Source: Podarcis melisellensis (lineage: Eukaryota). From it: DNA of 64,000 nt. Each line of letters starts with the position of its first letter. The first letter of the stretch is position 1. The notes below the pieces were generated by a model. The model saw nothing but the letters and a program-made list of their open reading frames with translations, did no database searches and was not told the DNA's origin. The stretch lies in assembly GCA_964234715.1 (NCBI GenBank), contig OZ174280.1; one strand, written 5' to 3'. The position numbers and the translations under genes were made by a program. Shown one piece after another: positions 60,921 through 64,000 of the stretch.

Positions 60921-62169
60921 TGATCCCTTTATATCAACAACCTCTTTCTTTTGTCATATTATTGGTACTGCATGGATTCCAAACCCTGCAAAAAAAGTCA
61001 GGAATGGGTGTATGTGTGTTCCAATAAATCTGATTTTAAAGCAAGGCTCGGTGGATTCATAATTCTCTTCTGCATTAATACGGATTCTCTGGGCACGATG
61101 TTTGTGGTAACTGGTGGCATGTGAGCCATATCTGGCCTGATAATGGTGATGCTTAATTGGCCCACTAGTTGACTGAACACTTCCTATGGCTTGATGGAGC
61201 ATTTTAGCACCATCTTACATCCTTATGGCTGGGTGGGATGAGAAGTAAGGAAAAGCCCAAAGCCATCCTTACTTCAACAAGGCATGTCATTCAGAAGCTT
61301 TTAGACCAGTCATCTAGGAGTCCCTTGGCAGCCCAGGGAGTGAAGATGTAATGATGCTATTCTTTTGGCATCTGCATCAGGGGTGTTTCAAGGGTCTGTG
61401 TGCACAAAACATTTTGGGGCCTTGGATGCACCAATTCCTTTTTGGGGATTTCACAAGGTGCACATCCTTTGTGCTGATCTTACATATGTAGATCCCGTAG
61501 CAGTACACATAACAGACATGGGCAGTTGATCTCTAGACATCCAATAGCTGAAGCACATTTAAATACAGGGATACTCTCAAAAAAAGATTTACTTGAGGAA
61601 TGTGTATGAGTTACAGGGCTCCCATGCACATCAGATTGGCTACTGTGGAAAAGAGACTGCTGTACTAGGTGGGCCTTTGATCTGATGCAGTACAGCTCTT
61701 TAATTTATAATTCATGCAGAGAAACAAATGACAGGCTTATTTGAGGGTGGGCAATTTTGCTGTTGTGTTTTTTTTACACTGGGTTTTGATGGATCTAATC
61801 GTATCCAGTACAGAGATATGAGATAATTATCAGTTACAACACAGGTTGAATGGCAAAGTATCAAATGAAATAGGATCGAAGAGGGTGATTTTTTTGGTAG
61901 ACGAATGCACAGAGCCACCCCAAAATCCAATCACTACCTTCTCTCATTGAACCAGGGTATGCTGGGTGTCTGACACTTGGGATATAAGTGGACTGCCCCT
62001 TTGGTACGACACAGCATATTTTGCTTTGTTCTGATGGAATGAATGGGGGCAGGCATCAATTATAGTAAGAAGGGGGCAAAGACCACAAAGTTATATTGCC
62101 CAACACATTTCAGTTAGTTTGATTCAAGACTTCCATAGGAAACCCAAACTCTCCCACACAATCTCAAAA

Positions 62170-62976
62170 GAAATTCAAACAAAAAAATCCTTTATTTTTT
62201 TTTTAAAAAAGAAATCCCACAATAAGTTAGCAAAAATACAAAAAAATGGCAACTTCACACAGTAGAAAAGACTTCAGAGGCAGCATTTTATATGGCTTCT
62301 GGGCCTGGAAATTGCAGACTGCCAAAAGAAGTTGGTCAGACAGTATTTTTAAAGTAAAATAAAAAAAATACACACTTGCACACACCCACATTTCTTTAGA
62401 AAAAAGACCATTGGCCCCCAAAAGAAACAAAACTTCTACAAAAACGGAAGAAAGAATAAAGGCCACACTGGAATCCTTCCTTTACACAGGAGTGTAATTT
62501 CTCACACACTTAGTGTTCCCAGTAATACATCAGAATGCTTTGATCAGTCAACTCCAGCCCAATTTCCAGAGGAAATGAGATCCATAAGCTTATCAGTAAA
62601 GCCACAATACCCTTCCTTTCTGGAAAGCAAGCAAACTATGAAAATTACTAGGCCCCTCTCTCATTAGCTTGCTTCTGACTGGGGGAAAGCAGAAGAAAAA
62701 AGAACCACTTTTCAAGTGTATGGAATTGGATAAGTGGCTTCAGTGGTTAAAGTCTATGACTTTGGCACGGGAAATAAAAAAAAAATCCAGTGTTAGTTGG
62801 GAAGGAGACCTTTCCCCGCTTTGGAACATCATCCAGTGTTAGTGAGGAGAGCAGAGAAACTTCTCTTAATTGTAAAGTCCTAGTATCATGTTTCTTCTAC
62901 CCTACAATCTGCGGGTAATGACTTTGGGGTTTTTTTGAATAAAGAAAGACTGAGATGGACATTGCTGTCTGGATCC
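62170..62976 (-). other. MYOG: MYOG 3'UTR with AATAAA (62191-62196, minus strand) and a downstream U/GU-rich tract
   Basis: tttatt on the + strand at 62191, followed on the minus strand by ggattttttt gtttgaattt. Confidence 0.75.
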
Positions 62977-63098
62977 TCAGTTCTGAGCCCTCTCCTCTTG
63001 GAACGCAACGGCCACATCCTCCACAGCAATACTGTCCACAATTGAAGACAGCGAGTGAAGATTGTGGTCTTCGGAAGAATCATCACTCAGCAAATGAT
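62977..63098 (-). CDS. MYOG: Myogenin last coding exon ([40 protein letters not shown])
   Basis: Minus-strand acceptor tctccgcag|AT; the C-terminal [11 protein letters not shown] helix is typical of myogenin; PPFIA4-MYOG synteny. Upstream exons lie beyond the window. Confidence 0.93.
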
Positions 63099-64000
63099 CT
63101 GCGGAGAACAAGAGAGTGACCTTAAGCAGGTGGCTTTCTCTGAGAATTTGGTTGCTGCTGAACAAGGGTAGAGGGAATCTTAGGTGGGGGGAAATAAAGG
63201 CTCAGACTATTTGTGGAATGTAGCTTAGTGCTGTGTATGCCTCTCTCTGTCTGAAGGATGTGTTCTCTCCCCCCTACTCCACCCCACAACCTTCATACTA
63301 AATTTAATGATACTCGATTGCAGGCTAAAGCACACCAACCCCATTTTTTGTACAACTCAGCATCCATTGCACCTGCAAGAGAGGATTCTGTTCCAGTTCA
63401 TTTGAATTTCCTCTGGTTTCTAATTACAGAGGAAACTCTATTCATTTGTACAATGGCAGGAATTTAAGAAGCAGTGTTATTAAACATGGTTATTTAAAAA
63501 ATTGCATTTTAAGTTAAAATGTTTTTAATTTTAATATAAGGTGCGGAAGATCCTTTGCCCTTGATGACATTCCACTGCATGGTTACAAAAATGAATCCTG
63601 GGACTTCTGGTTTGGGCTATTGCTTTAGTTTTTTAATTTCTTGTTGCACTTTAGCAATGCCGTACAACTGTATTGATACTTTTGCAGAGCTTTTTATCCC
63701 ATCAAACTGTTGGTAGACACCTTTGAAAGTTTGTCAGAATGATATGGCATATTTTAATATGGAACAGACAGGTTCCCAAAAAAATATGTGCTCTATCAGG
63801 GGACAAATGGAGTCAAGCCCATCAGCTTGTCTCTTCCTAATCAAATGGTCTCTCAATTCTGATTTTTTAAAATCAAAGCTGATTCAGATCAGAGGGAGAA
63901 AGAGACATCTTGATAGACCAATGGATTTTTATATTGGATGTTCACTGCTTATGGAAAAACAATGGTTTAATGATCAAGCCAACATTTTGGGATGCCTGTG

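Overview
Eukaryotic genomic DNA from a squamate reptile, probably a lacertid lizard (Sauria SINE, RTE-BovB, CR1, L2, Penelope ends and squamate MITEs are present). Most of the window is the + strand gene PPFIA4 (liprin-alpha-4). I reconstructed 28 GT-AG coding exons from 8817 to the stop at 57330-57332, giving an open 1155-aa frame: coiled coils, three SAM domains and a C-terminal VRTYSC PDZ-binding motif. The first coding exon lies upstream of the window. A probable terminal 3'UTR exon runs from about 59134 to 60920. The last exon and 3'UTR of MYOG (myogenin) lie on the - strand at about 62170-63098, convergent with PPFIA4. Nearly all other ORFs in the track are spurious or retrotransposon debris. 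I found no convincing new multi-gene system. The best leads are: an intact-core minimal Penelope hammerhead ribozyme in the sense strand of an intron; a coding exon that starts with a perfect 5' splice site (recursive-splicing candidate); a decayed Sola2-like DNA transposon with long inverted repeats; candidate poison or ultra-short microexons; a possible PDZ-tail switch; and muscle-type MEF2 and E-box motif clusters in PPFIA4 introns near MYOG. Comparisons to human, chicken or repeat consensus sequences are from recall, not from searches.
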